Virus record (IMG/VR): IMGVR_UViG_3300014050_000017
Span: 1-64,000 of that record
Source of the DNA: a virus
Length of the DNA: 64,000 bases
Strand: one strand, 5' to 3'
Every line of letters starts with the position of its first letter. The stretch's first letter is position 1. The translations under genes were made by a program, and so were the position numbers. Below the pieces are notes generated by a model that was not told the origin of the DNA, searched no databases, and was given only the letters and a program-made list of their open reading frames with translations. Shown in pieces: positions 25,351 to 34,943 of this stretch.

Positions 25351-25676
25351 TAGTCTAGCTCTCTTTTACCAAATTTAGAATTAACATCATTTTCGTTAGC
25401 TTTTCGCATTTCAATGCGTTCTGTAGTCTGCTTTCTTGCATGTCCAGAACCTTTTACAGCAGAAATAGACTCTTCAGCAGCCTTATTTAAATTCATTTTT
25501 CCTGCTATACCTTTATTAAAACCATGTGCTGCAAATCGTTTTTGAGCGGCGGTATCAGTATCCCAGTTTACAAAAGAACCATCAGATAGGCTGTAACCTC
25601 CACCAAATTCGTGATTACCTGCAAAACGACGCTTTGGGTCATTTTCTCTACGTGGTGCTGCCATATTAGACTCCAT
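25350..25676 (-). CDS. Hypothetical protein
   Basis: ORF track. Confidence 0.55.
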   Translation of the reverse strand: MESNMAAPRRENDPKRRFAGNHEFGGGYSLSDGSFVNWDTDTAAQKRFAAHGFNKGIAGKMNLNKAAEESISAVKGSGHARKQTTERIEMRKANENDVNSKFGKRELD

Positions 25677-26046
25677 ATCCTAATGAGTTGCGGCTAGTTG
25701 ACTGCTGGCTGTTAGGAGTGTTGGAGAAATCTGACTCCACACGTTGTTCTCTACCAGCAGGTAGTCGAACAATATCTTCAATAGTTAACTCATTCTCAGT
25801 ATATCCGTAACGGTCTGGGAATAGGTTAATCTGTGGCAAGTTTGGGCGAACATGCTCTTGGATTTCTTCGCTTGTCATTGTCCAAACGGCGAGCGCCTGG
25901 TTTAACAAACGGTCTTGATTAGATTGAAATGGCCCTAGGTATTCCTGTGGGGGAAACGCAGCCTCTTCAGGTGTGTGATATGGCTTGCGGCCATCATCAG
26001 TCCACGGCCTACGACCGTAGGTACCATCTGCATATTTACCTGGCAT
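25666..26046 (-). CDS. Hypothetical protein
   Basis: ORF track. Confidence 0.6.
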   Translation of the reverse strand: MPGKYADGTYGRRPWTDDGRKPYHTPEEAAFPPQEYLGPFQSNQDRLLNQALAVWTMTSEEIQEHVRPNLPQINLFPDRYGYTENELTIEDIVRLPAGREQRVESDFSNTPNSQQSTSRNSLGYGV

Positions 26047-26213
26047 TAGTTTTTCTTCTCTTCGCCTCTGTACTTAGCAATGTGTTCTTCAAACTCTTTG
26101 TGCCTAGACGCTCTGGCAGTGTTGTGAACCTCTAATGAATGGTCTTCATCGTTTGCAGTGTGGAAATTATTATCACCGCATGTTGGGCAGCTTACTTTGT
26201 AAAGAGGCATAGT

Positions 26214-26753
26214 TTACTTCCACTGTGGACGCATACGCGCCATCTGGTCTTGACGTGCGTTATTTACATACATTGGTGAATCGCTCTTTACAGTTGGGCC
26301 AGCCTTACCATCATTTGGTAGATGTGGAGCTGGCGCAATATCTGCCATGAATACATGGCGAGGACTACGATACACGTTTCCATCTTTTACAGCCTGCGCT
26401 TGACGCAAAATGCCAGAGTGTGGCTCTAACCCAGCTGGATAGTAATAACCCTGCTGGTCGATGCGCTCGCCGCGGTGAACGCCGCGTTGGTAAGAGCGCT
26501 GACCTATTCTAACTTTAAGTGAGTCGAGTACATTTTCAGATTGGCTGTTTGGTCTTCCACGGTCATCGCGTCGTGTGCGAATGGTGCCTAAATAACCATC
26601 AGGATATTCTGCTTGTGGTGCACGACCCACGCCCAGGCGTAGCTCATCGAGTTCATTTCTCGCAACAGGAACACCACCGCCACCATAGTTGGCATACGTA
26701 CCGTATAAACCACTGGCGCCTAGGTTCTGTGTATTTTGGTGAGGGCTGGGCAT
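26214..26753 (-). CDS. Hypothetical protein
   Basis: AEYPDGYLGTI motif; leaderless TATCAT-7nt-ATG. Confidence 0.65.
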   Translation of the reverse strand: MPSPHQNTQNLGASGLYGTYANYGGGGVPVARNELDELRLGVGRAPQAEYPDGYLGTIRTRRDDRGRPNSQSENVLDSLKVRIGQRSYQRGVHRGERIDQQGYYYPAGLEPHSGILRQAQAVKDGNVYRSPRHVFMADIAPAPHLPNDGKAGPTVKSDSPMYVNNARQDQMARMRPQWK

Positions 26754-26777
26754 ACCTTAAATGATACGCCCAGTACC

Positions 26778-27803
26778 CTACTTAGACGCGTTAAACTCCT
26801 GGCCCTCGTACAGTGCCCAGCCGTCCATAATGTGGATTGGTTGCAAAGTGAACGAATCATCTGGTCTGACCCACGCAATCATCACTCCCTGTTGCCAATC
26901 TTCCCAATGCTTTACTGGACGACCTTGGTCATTTAAACCAGAGCCGTATGAAGGAACCGCACCATCAATGCGGCATAGGCATCCTGGGCTTGCTGACACG
27001 CTACGAATTGGACCGTCCTGGTCATGGACTGTTTTATATTGCATCTCTTGTCTGTGGACATGGCCAAATACTGTTGAGATGTGCGGATTCTTATTGATAT
27101 AGGCACTGGCAGTTGAGCCGTTAGAACGTACGGTGGTTCCGTGAATAGCGCGAAGGTACTTGGTTACCCAGTACTCTCCTGCTGGATAGGACCCCACGTA
27201 GTCAACCTTAATATCATCTAAACGTAGAAGGTATGGGATGGACATTACAGGCCACTCATCTGGAGTTGCGTTAGCACGCTTAATTCCCTTTGATGCCATT
27301 GCGTTCATTACTACGTACTTCTGCATACGGCAATCGTGGTTTCCTTCTAACAAAACAATCTTTGAATCTGGGCAAGTGGCTCGCTGCTTTGCTAATAGGT
27401 TATGACCGTAATCTAGAGCTGGTTGCACTGTGTGGGCAAACATCTCTTCCTGTGCGTATTTGCCCATGGTTGGTAAATCTAAATAATCCCCCAAATGGAT
27501 AATTTCATCTACGCCATATTTTTCTTCAAGGTATGCAAGCAATTGGAAGTGAACTTCAATCGCTGCTTCATCGTGGAAGGGGTCTAATGTGCCATCTTCA
27601 TATTTTCTATACCCAATCTGTGGGTCTGGCACGAACATAATTAGGCGACCGTCTTTTTTGCCTTTACGTTCTTTATAAGTTGCTGGTTTAATTACTGTGG
27701 GTTTTGCTGGCTGCACAGGTGGCCATGCCCACTCATTATTAATATTAACTAAAACTCTATCAAATATATCTGATACAGATTCTTTTACTTCTGGCATGTG
27801 CAA
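26778..27803 (-). CDS. Calcineurin-like metallophosphoesterase
   Basis: PDPQ, LGDYLD, EGNHD, IHG, GHVH motifs. Confidence 0.85.
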   Translation of the reverse strand: MHMPEVKESVSDIFDRVLVNINNEWAWPPVQPAKPTVIKPATYKERKGKKDGRLIMFVPDPQIGYRKYEDGTLDPFHDEAAIEVHFQLLAYLEEKYGVDEIIHLGDYLDLPTMGKYAQEEMFAHTVQPALDYGHNLLAKQRATCPDSKIVLLEGNHDCRMQKYVVMNAMASKGIKRANATPDEWPVMSIPYLLRLDDIKVDYVGSYPAGEYWVTKYLRAIHGTTVRSNGSTASAYINKNPHISTVFGHVHRQEMQYKTVHDQDGPIRSVSASPGCLCRIDGAVPSYGSGLNDQGRPVKHWEDWQQGVMIAWVRPDDSFTLQPIHIMDGWALYEGQEFNASK

Positions 27804-28042
27804 TACTCCTTAAAGTGTGAGCGAAAGGCAGTTAGCTTTGCAGGAATATTGACGCCAGCTTTTACCAGTGCTTCATACAAGTTTTTAATATCTACTTTTC
27901 TATTTTCATTCTTTAGGCTGTTAAATTTATCCTGGTCTTCCTTAGGCAAAGTATTTAGCCACCTTTGTACTTTGCATTTCTTTGGCTGTTTTGCATCAGC
28001 AATAAAGCCGTCTAGGATAGAGCCCAGCGTGTCTTTCGCCAT
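27785..28042 (-). CDS. Small protein overlapping the phosphoesterase
   Basis: SD GAGG; C...H..CTC. Confidence 0.6.
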   Translation of the reverse strand: MAKDTLGSILDGFIADAKQPKKCKVQRWLNTLPKEDQDKFNSLKNENRKVDIKNLYEALVKAGVNIPAKLTAFRSHFKEYCTCQK

Positions 28043-28110
28043 ATGACCTCTCTCTGATTAAGGGGCGATTTCACACACAAGCCTACCAGAGAAAAAACGT
28101 TTGTACAGCA

Positions 28111-28140
28111 AAATACCCGCGATTTTGGTCGCGGGTATTT
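28111..28140 (-). terminator. Intrinsic terminator after hsp20
   Basis: AAATACCCGCGA-TTTTGG-TCGCGGGTATTT. Confidence 0.7.
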
Positions 28141-28191
28141 GCCTGTTAATAAGGGTCTATCTTGCAATGGTGATAGCAAGATGTGTGGACT

Positions 28192-28713
28192 TCAGTGAAT
28201 TTTGATTTCCTTTTCCTTCTTCTCCTCAGGAACAATTCGCTCAAGGTCAATGGTCAATAGTCCATCAGCAATACGAGCGTCATTGACAACTACATCGTCA
28301 GCAATAGCAAACTTCTGTACAAAGTTGCGTGCTGCAATGCCTTTATAGGCGTAATCCGCGTAGTCTTCTCCGCGGTTGCCTTCAACAGTAATGATGTTTT
28401 CTTTATAGGTAATCCTAACATCATTCTTAGTAAAGCCCGCAATAGCCAGTTCAATCTGGGCTTTGTCATTAGGTAGGTGTTTAATGTTATACGGTGGGTA
28501 CGAGCTTTTGATACGAACATCTTCTAGTTCCTTGAACAGGTCTAGATGACGGTCAAACCCAACAGTCCATGGCGCTAGCATATTCTGCAGTGCAGAAAAT
28601 GGGTCTTGTACAGCAGGTTTTACTGATGGAAATTGTTGGATTGTTTTTGGCTTATCCCATGGTTCGTGAGGTGAACCTTTTGGGTAGCCGCCATTAATTG
28701 GAAATGTAGCCAT
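28192..28713 (-). CDS. Small heat-shock protein (Hsp20/IbpA-like)
   Basis: VGFDR, YPPYNI, IELAIAGF, YKGIAARNF, DGLLTIDL, PEEKK; start MATFP after AAGGAG. Confidence 0.92.
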   Translation of the reverse strand: MATFPINGGYPKGSPHEPWDKPKTIQQFPSVKPAVQDPFSALQNMLAPWTVGFDRHLDLFKELEDVRIKSSYPPYNIKHLPNDKAQIELAIAGFTKNDVRITYKENIITVEGNRGEDYADYAYKGIAARNFVQKFAIADDVVVNDARIADGLLTIDLERIVPEEKKEKEIKIH

Positions 28714-28835
28714 AATATATCTCCTTAGACGATATAACTTTTTGTGACCCTCCGAATGAGCGGTCAGCAATAGTATACAACAATCTAAATTAGAATATAT
28801 TCCCGTAACCTTAGAAAAGGTACATTTAGAAATGC

Positions 28836-28862
28836 CAAAGCCCCTCCTAGCGAGGGGCTTTG
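28836..28862 (-). terminator. Intrinsic terminator
   Basis: CAAAGCCCCTC-CTAGC-GAGGGGCTTTG. Confidence 0.7.
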
Positions 28863-28875
28863 CGCTATTCAGTTG

Positions 28876-29214
28876 TTAATTGTGGTCGGCTTTACCATCA
28901 GAGAAGTTAGGCGCGACACGATTTACTGCTGCAGCAATTATACGCCCATTAGCCTGAGTTGCGCTAGCCTCTGGTGCTACAGACCTCTGGAACTTAACGC
29001 GAACACCGTAACGAGCACCGCCAGTGGCAGATACGTTGGTGCGAGATGGCTTTGCCTGACGATATGGGTCAGTGCCACCCTTTGCGTTTCCAGTCTTCTT
29101 CATGAGCTTGCCCTTAAGTGGGGCAGCTACTTTTGCTGGTTTTGCACCCGTAGCATTGCTCGCATCACTAGATGTCGGAGCTAATGGCTTCGAGTTCTTA
29201 GTTGAATCTTTCAT
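28876..29214 (-). CDS. Basic low-complexity protein
   Basis: ORF track; SD AAGGA. Confidence 0.6.
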   Translation of the reverse strand: MKDSTKNSKPLAPTSSDASNATGAKPAKVAAPLKGKLMKKTGNAKGGTDPYRQAKPSRTNVSATGGARYGVRVKFQRSVAPEASATQANGRIIAAAVNRVAPNFSDGKADHN

Positions 29215-29273
29215 TTATATTCCTTTGGCCGAAGGTATAAACAGAGTAGGGTATTTATTGGGGAAATACAGGG

Positions 29274-29555
29274 TTAACGTGCACTGACATCAAAGACGAT
29301 GGCTGATATCTGGCCGTCATGGCTCTCAATGCTGGTAAACCCTGGAATACAGATTAAATCCATACCTCTTGGGGCGGTATACCCACGGGCAATGGCAATG
29401 GCTTTTACAGCCTGGTTGATAGCTCCAGCCCCCACAGCGCGAATCTTGCAGGCGCGGGTCTCATAGATGCTATGAGCAATGGCTGATGCTACGGCTTGTG
29501 GGTTAGACCCAGCGCTTACACGCAGGACCTGGTCATCTTTCAGTTCTTCTGACAT
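29274..29555 (-). CDS. spoVS: SpoVS family protein
   Basis: LRVSAGSNPQAVASAIA...AVGAGAINQAVKAIAIARG...IPGF. Confidence 0.9.
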   Translation of the reverse strand: MSEELKDDQVLRVSAGSNPQAVASAIAHSIYETRACKIRAVGAGAINQAVKAIAIARGYTAPRGMDLICIPGFTSIESHDGQISAIVFDVSAR

Positions 29556-29603
29556 TTGATACTCCTATTAGTGGTACTTATTACGGAGTAATCATTATCT
29601 ATT

Positions 29604-30029
29604 TTAATTTAAAATATCGCTGGCTAAAACCTCTTCAACCTTTTTAGCAAGGTTGGCCTTATCCAATCCAATATGGCAGGGATGACAGCGTGCAATATAG
29701 TGGTCATAATGCATGCAATATGGGTTTTTTCCAGCTCCTGGGCGGTTTTTATTAGCGGTTCCTAAAAGGACCTCATCGCACTCGCCTATCCAAGACCAGT
29801 CAATAGCTGGTTCCCCACAGTCGTAACAGGGGCTGTTTGAGGCTAGTCCTTTATCTCTCTTTAACCTGCTGTGCATTCCAAAGTAACTAACAACCTCTTT
29901 TTTAGGCCTACCAAAACCAGGACTGCGTAGGTCTCGTGGTCTTTCATACATCCACCAATGTTGGTAGTGGGTTGAGCACATCTGCCGTGCTTTTGCTTTT
30001 TTATCGCAATTTTCAATTGAACAATTCAT
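29604..30029 (-). CDS. HNH-like endonuclease with N-terminal Zn finger
   Basis: CSIENC...CSTHY; CYDC; CHPCH. Confidence 0.65.
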   Translation of the reverse strand: MNCSIENCDKKAKARQMCSTHYQHWWMYERPRDLRSPGFGRPKKEVVSYFGMHSRLKRDKGLASNSPCYDCGEPAIDWSWIGECDEVLLGTANKNRPGAGKNPYCMHYDHYIARCHPCHIGLDKANLAKKVEEVLASDILN

Positions 30030-30238
30030 GGTCTGTCTAGCGGCGTTGGGGCCTTAGCATAGGTCCCGCAAATACTGCACTCCATATCTAATAGGTATTG
30101 GGATATTTCATAATCTTGAAAACTAGCTTTAATGTTCCAAAGACTGGATTCACATACGGGACACTCATGTAGGACTTGGTTTTCATAATCCATAGACCCC
30201 GTATAGTCGGGTTTTAAAGCTCTAATGCTCTGTGTCAT
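30026..30238 (-). CDS. Zn-ribbon protein
   Basis: CPVC...CSIC. Confidence 0.65.
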   Translation of the reverse strand: MTQSIRALKPDYTGSMDYENQVLHECPVCESSLWNIKASFQDYEISQYLLDMECSICGTYAKAPTPLDRP

Positions 30239-30461
30239 GCCTGCAGTTTATAAAGTCGTTTGCTAAATGGCAGGCTATATCCATATAAATTGAAGCGGTT
30301 GTAAAAAGGTCTACAGGATGGTGAAGGTCATCAGCCCCTTTAAATCCCCAGTTACCCTTTAGGTATTCTTTTAAGCCTGGGGTTAACCTATCGATAAAAT
30401 CATCGATAGTCATCCATCCATCTTGGATTAAATCTTTATCCTTGTGGTTCTTCATGGGCAA
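30222..30461 (-). CDS. Hypothetical protein
   Basis: ORF track. Confidence 0.55.
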   Translation of the reverse strand: MPMKNHKDKDLIQDGWMTIDDFIDRLTPGLKEYLKGNWGFKGADDLHHPVDLFTTASIYMDIACHLANDFINCRHDTEH

Positions 30462-30687
30462 GACCGTGCTCCTTTTTAAAATCGTACAGAGCGTTTAAAA
30501 ACTTCTCCTTCTCTTGTTCTAAAAGAGCTACCTCATCCTCAGATAGCTTATCTTTATTTTCTTCGTAAAGCTCTACGCCACGTTTAAACTGCATTTCTAA
30601 TAGTTTTAACTGCTGTAGTCTGCGTTGTTTAATAAAAGCATCTTTCTCTGCTTGACGTTGCGCTATCTTTTCTTGTCGTTTACTCAC
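30436..30687 (-). CDS. Hypothetical coiled-coil protein
   Basis: ORF track. Confidence 0.6.
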   Translation of the reverse strand: MSKRQEKIAQRQAEKDAFIKQRRLQQLKLLEMQFKRGVELYEENKDKLSEDEVALLEQEKEKFLNALYDFKKEHGLAHEEPQG

Positions 30688-30825
30688 CTTTAGCTCCTAT
30701 CACTCTAAGTCCTTCCATAATTCCACCGCAGAAAACGCAATCCTGCTCTTCCCAGCCACTTTGTACGGCGTACCCATAGCAACGGGCGTCGCATTTAGTA
30801 CAGAACAGTGCATACTGTCCAGGCT

Positions 30826-31017
30826 CTATTCCAAGTTTTCCTTCGCCCATGCCGACCACTCCTCCCACAGCTCTATTACTTCAAGGCTTTCATAACTTTG
30901 CTCTTCTAGATGTTCGGCAAAATCATCGTCTACAACAATTACAGGCAAACCGTTATATAGCATTCCTGTTTCTTTATCTTTAGCAAGTAGTTCTAGGTAG
31001 CTAGTCATTGTCCTCAA
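30826..31017 (-). CDS. Hypothetical protein
   Basis: ORF track. Confidence 0.55.
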   Translation of the reverse strand: MRTMTSYLELLAKDKETGMLYNGLPVIVVDDDFAEHLEEQSYESLEVIELWEEWSAWAKENLE

Positions 31018-31580
31018 ATTTCTCGATATTTAGGGTCTTGTACCTGTTGGTATACCGCTTTTTCATAAGCTAGCTTACCATCCCCTGAGCATAACCTGGC
31101 AAGACCATAAGCATCAGCAGCATTGTCATCTGTAAATGTCTGTCCCCACTTTTTGTAGGTATGTAGAAGTATTAAATTCTTTTGACCAGTACCCGCGCCT
31201 GTTACATATTTTTTTAGGGTATTAGGGGGAATTATCAATGGGTATATATCGTGCCTTGCTAAGGCCATCTTTGTTATGCCGCCAAGCTCGCCTAGATGAA
31301 ACACCTTGCCTTTAGCTCCCATGGCGTAACCTTCCATGGCTGCGTCAATAACGTTTTTATGCCCCATCCATTCATATACAAAATCTTCAATATCCATGAG
31401 GCGACGGATACCGCGGTTATCTGATTTAAATACTTCTATGTAGTACTTTTCTTGGTAATACGCACATATAGCAAATCCACTATAGGACTGGTCAATGCCC
31501 ATGTAAAACGGGCTACTGCCAGCGAGGTCAAGGCCTCCTTCAATTTTTTTAAGGGGCATATCTATTAAACCCAGTGACAC
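31014..31580 (-). CDS. RuvC-like Holliday junction resolvase
   Basis: MGIDQS, MEGY, LGELGG, PNTLKKYVTG, DDNAADAY. Confidence 0.85.
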   Translation of the reverse strand: MSLGLIDMPLKKIEGGLDLAGSSPFYMGIDQSYSGFAICAYYQEKYYIEVFKSDNRGIRRLMDIEDFVYEWMGHKNVIDAAMEGYAMGAKGKVFHLGELGGITKMALARHDIYPLIIPPNTLKKYVTGAGTGQKNLILLHTYKKWGQTFTDDNAADAYGLARLCSGDGKLAYEKAVYQQVQDPKYREI

Positions 31581-32043
31581 GACTACTAGATGTACGGCGA
31601 GTTAGTTCTCGGCTGGTCAATGAGTAATAGCGTTCAATGTTATCTAGGATAGTACGAATCATCTTGTGATAGGCGCGGGCATAGGCATACGCATCAGCCA
31701 GCTCACGCACTGCAGGCTCATTCTCAACCTGGGCACGTAATAACGTGGCTTTCTCTGATGCTTTGCCAGTGGTCTTAGACAGTAGTCCAGAACCAACCGC
31801 ATCGTTGTATAGGGTTTCGGACTCTAACTCTGCCAGTTCAGCACAGGCTGCCTGGGTGCGTAGAAAGTTCATGTTTTCAATGTACTTGCTAGCCATACTC
31901 ATTAACTCTGTGTCATCCACTAAAGTAATGTCGTTTGGAAAGTCTGGTAGTTCTAGGTTAAGGGAGCGTTTTAATGGCAACCCTTGTTCTTCTAATTGCC
32001 TTAGTACCTGTGCGCTTATTCCTGTGGCCACTAGTTCAGTCAT
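31549..32043 (-). CDS. Helical protein in recombination module (possible recombination mediator)
   Basis: Start MTELV after GGAGG; coiled coil ending SRELTRR; lies between nuclease and resolvase. Confidence 0.55.
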   Translation of the reverse strand: MTELVATGISAQVLRQLEEQGLPLKRSLNLELPDFPNDITLVDDTELMSMASKYIENMNFLRTQAACAELAELESETLYNDAVGSGLLSKTTGKASEKATLLRAQVENEPAVRELADAYAYARAYHKMIRTILDNIERYYSLTSRELTRRTSSSRVTGFNRYAP

Positions 32044-32893
32044 TGTATCCTCCGCATCGTTCGCAATTACCCCAACCATCAATGTTGCACGGTGGTGGTG
32101 TTTGATTTTTTACCGCTTCTACAATTTTAGCAGCAGCCTCAAACAAAGGCGCAACTGAGAAATCACTCTTAGGTATTACAAACTCTTTGGGTTCCTGTGA
32201 TGCTTTGTTTTCATAAATAAGAACAGCCTCTTGCGGTACAACATCAAGATTTAAAAGTTCAGCAAGCTTCATATATATCTGTACTTGATTAATATGGGAC
32301 TCAAATGGAGCTTTGATGGCAGCAAACGCCTTATCTAAATCACCGTTATGCTCCATAAATAAAGATGGGTCTTCCCAACGAATAGTGCCTGCACCAATTG
32401 ATTTAATCTCCAACATCAATGGCTCACCTAGGTTTACTAATATGCCATCAGAATGACCATAGATACGAAGTGGCTCGTAAAATAGCGGAACCTCTCTATA
32501 CTCTAACGGTCCATCATGGCAATCAGAACCGCCAAAAAACATCTCACCGCACTCTATGCAGTACCACTTACCGTATAGCGTTCCCATATCTTGAAACCAT
32601 CGTTGCCACTTAGCGTGAATAGCATGGCCTTCAGCAAATACCGATGCTGTACGTAGAGTCATAGAACGGTTGGCTACAGGAGCCTTACCCATCAAATGGT
32701 AATAAGAAGCTCTGTGGCACCACTCTTTTTTAACCATATCTGACGGATGCAGTACATCGGTACGACGGCTTAAATCTCGTGGCTTTGCAATTAGATGGCG
32801 CTCAAGTGAGCCTAATACACGTGTTTTCTTTCTAGACACGTCTACAAATGCTTTCAGTGCCCCTGTTACCTGTTGTGGCTTTTGTGCTTTCAT
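32036..32893 (-). CDS. Cas4-like PD-(D/E)XK exonuclease
   Basis: HPSD..WCHR, GHAIH, GHSDG, LEIKS, QVQIY, C-terminal C..C..C. Confidence 0.85.
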   Translation of the reverse strand: MKAQKPQQVTGALKAFVDVSRKKTRVLGSLERHLIAKPRDLSRRTDVLHPSDMVKKEWCHRASYYHLMGKAPVANRSMTLRTASVFAEGHAIHAKWQRWFQDMGTLYGKWYCIECGEMFFGGSDCHDGPLEYREVPLFYEPLRIYGHSDGILVNLGEPLMLEIKSIGAGTIRWEDPSLFMEHNGDLDKAFAAIKAPFESHINQVQIYMKLAELLNLDVVPQEAVLIYENKASQEPKEFVIPKSDFSVAPLFEAAAKIVEAVKNQTPPPCNIDGWGNCERCGGYND

Positions 32894-32895
32894 GT

Positions 32896-33213
32896 CTAGA
32901 CCTTATCATCAAATAGGTGCTCCTTTAAAGTCTTGCCTTCTTTTTTTAATTTACGCTTTAACGCGTTACGTTCTCGATGGCTAAGACCACCCCAGATACC
33001 ATGCTGTTCATCCATCTGGTCTGAGTACAACAAGCACTGCTTGCGTACTGGGCATTCTGGCAGGCCGTCACGGCCAAAGCAGACACCCTTAGATATTGTT
33101 GCTACTTTTCTATATTTAGTTTTATCACGTGGTGGAAACCAAAGTTCGGTGTCCATGCCGCGGCATTTGGCGTTATGTCGCCAACCCTCTACGTGACCTG
33201 CGTCGTCGTACAA
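32896..33213 (-). CDS. whiB: WhiB-family transcription factor
   Basis: WRHNAKC, WFP, C...CPVRKQC, GIWGGLSHRER. Confidence 0.92.
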   Translation of the reverse strand: MYDDAGHVEGWRHNAKCRGMDTELWFPPRDKTKYRKVATISKGVCFGRDGLPECPVRKQCLLYSDQMDEQHGIWGGLSHRERNALKRKLKKEGKTLKEHLFDDKV

Positions 33214-33530
33214 TTATGCTCCTGAAGGTTCTGGCGCATTTCCAGAAAATCATCTTCAGTTAGCAATATGTAATTGTTATTGTTAAGACTGAAACCGAGG
33301 ACGGGTGTCCGACTATCAACGATGGCTTCGTTAACAATCTTTTCTAGTACTGCTGCCTTGACAGTTACCTGAGTTTTGCCAGTCCACTTGTGTTCTATTA
33401 ACAAGTCCTTAGACCTAACATCACCCTTACGACTCCAAAACGCGCCACTGGCAGCATTACGCTTACCACCAACAAGCTTTGCTAGTCGAGCCTCGTGCTT
33501 CTGAGATTCCTTTTGGCCTTTACTCCTCAT
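33189..33530 (-). CDS. Hjc-like PD-(D/E)XK resolvase
   Basis: HEARLA...SGA...KGDV...IEHK. Confidence 0.75.
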   Translation of the reverse strand: MRSKGQKESQKHEARLAKLVGGKRNAASGAFWSRKGDVRSKDLLIEHKWTGKTQVTVKAAVLEKIVNEAIVDSRTPVLGFSLNNNNYILLTEDDFLEMRQNLQEHNCTTTQVT

Positions 33531-34569
33531 CAGCTACGAACTTTGAACCTGCCCGTAGGGCATCTAGTACGTCGCGCTCAAGGGTTTCCTTAAGGTCAAT
33601 CTCTTCCCGTATGGCTCCAAGCATACCATCTTGGCCCATCCACTTTCTATCGCCATAGTTGTAGTAGGCGCCTGTGCGCTTAATGACCTTATTAAGGATA
33701 CCCATGGCCATAATCTCTTTAGCAAAATCCACCTCGCCAGCAGGGATAAGACCGCCATCAGCAAAGTAGAAGTCAAAGGTAGCCACCTGAGAGGGGGCTG
33801 CTGACTTGTTCTTTAATACTCGAACCTTAATTGACTGGCCTACACGACGCTTTTCTTGCCCAGCTCCTACCTCAATCCACTCATCACGACGCACTTCACA
33901 ACGGGTAAAGAAGGCATAGTCCTTGCCTAATCCACCTGGGGTGGTACGTGGGTCTCCGTACATGACGCCAATCTTTGAACGCCACTGGTTAATAATGATG
34001 CCAATAAATGGGCGCTCTACCTCTACTAGGGAGCGCTTAGACGCCTTGCCAACCTTGCGGAAGAACTTGTTAGTAAGGAGGGCACCGCGACCTACAGTAG
34101 ATTCCTCCATCTCCTTATCGTCCTCTGCTGTAGGGACCAAGGCAGGTAGCGAATCAACAACAATACAATCCACCGCTCTACTTTCTGTAAGTTTGACAAC
34201 GGCTTCATACGCTTCCTCCATGATGTTAGTTGAAACTACATACACACGTGAGGTATCAACGCCACACATCTTGGCGTAACTATCTACCCATTGTTCAGCG
34301 GCTACCCACACAGTTGTAAACTCTGGGTCACGCTTTTGATTAGCTGCTACAGTCTTAAGTGCAATAGCGGTCTTTCCATTACTGGCTTCACCAATAAGTT
34401 CATGCCACTGGTTTGCAGGCCAGCCACCACCTAGTGCAACGTCTAACGCCAATGAACCCGATGTAAATCGAGCAGGCTGTTCAATAATTTCTGAACCTAA
34501 TACAATGGTTCCTTCGCCATACTTTTTGTTAATTCCTGTAATTGTTTTAATTAACTCTGCATTTTTCAT
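33520..34569 (-). CDS. recA: RecA/UvsX recombinase
   Basis: SGSLALDVALGGG, GEASNGKT, VVDSL, INQWR, TTPGG, KNK. Confidence 0.95.
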   Translation of the reverse strand: MKNAELIKTITGINKKYGEGTIVLGSEIIEQPARFTSGSLALDVALGGGWPANQWHELIGEASNGKTAIALKTVAANQKRDPEFTTVWVAAEQWVDSYAKMCGVDTSRVYVVSTNIMEEAYEAVVKLTESRAVDCIVVDSLPALVPTAEDDKEMEESTVGRGALLTNKFFRKVGKASKRSLVEVERPFIGIIINQWRSKIGVMYGDPRTTPGGLGKDYAFFTRCEVRRDEWIEVGAGQEKRRVGQSIKVRVLKNKSAAPSQVATFDFYFADGGLIPAGEVDFAKEIMAMGILNKVIKRTGAYYNYGDRKWMGQDGMLGAIREEIDLKETLERDVLDALRAGSKFVADEE

Positions 34570-34943
34570 TATTCAATCTTTCCTATAATAGTTGTTGGAT
34601 TCCATCCGCCATTTGCCACTTGTCTTGCTGGCTGTGGTGCGCCTGCCGTTTGTTGTCCTGAGACAATGCCACGACCCATACCACTGCCTGATTGTACTAT
34701 TGGGTACCCACAGTCATAACATCTCTTACGAGACTCAGGTGTTGCGCCACCATAGTTGTTACTACCACAACCTGGGCAACGCTCTGCTTGTGGTGTTCTT
34801 TGTTGACTAGGTGGATATTGGGGTTGCTGTGGCTGTACATAGGTTGCTGGCTGGGGAGCAACATACGGAGGCTGTGCTGGCTGCTGTGGAGCAGACTGTC
34901 CAGCAAGTTTATTTGCCCACCATGATTGATTACTCATCGTCAT
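34569..34943 (-). CDS. Pro/Gln-rich Zn-ribbon protein
   Basis: CPGC...CYDC. Confidence 0.6.
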   Translation of the reverse strand: MTMSNQSWWANKLAGQSAPQQPAQPPYVAPQPATYVQPQQPQYPPSQQRTPQAERCPGCGSNNYGGATPESRKRCYDCGYPIVQSGSGMGRGIVSGQQTAGAPQPARQVANGGWNPTTIIGKIE

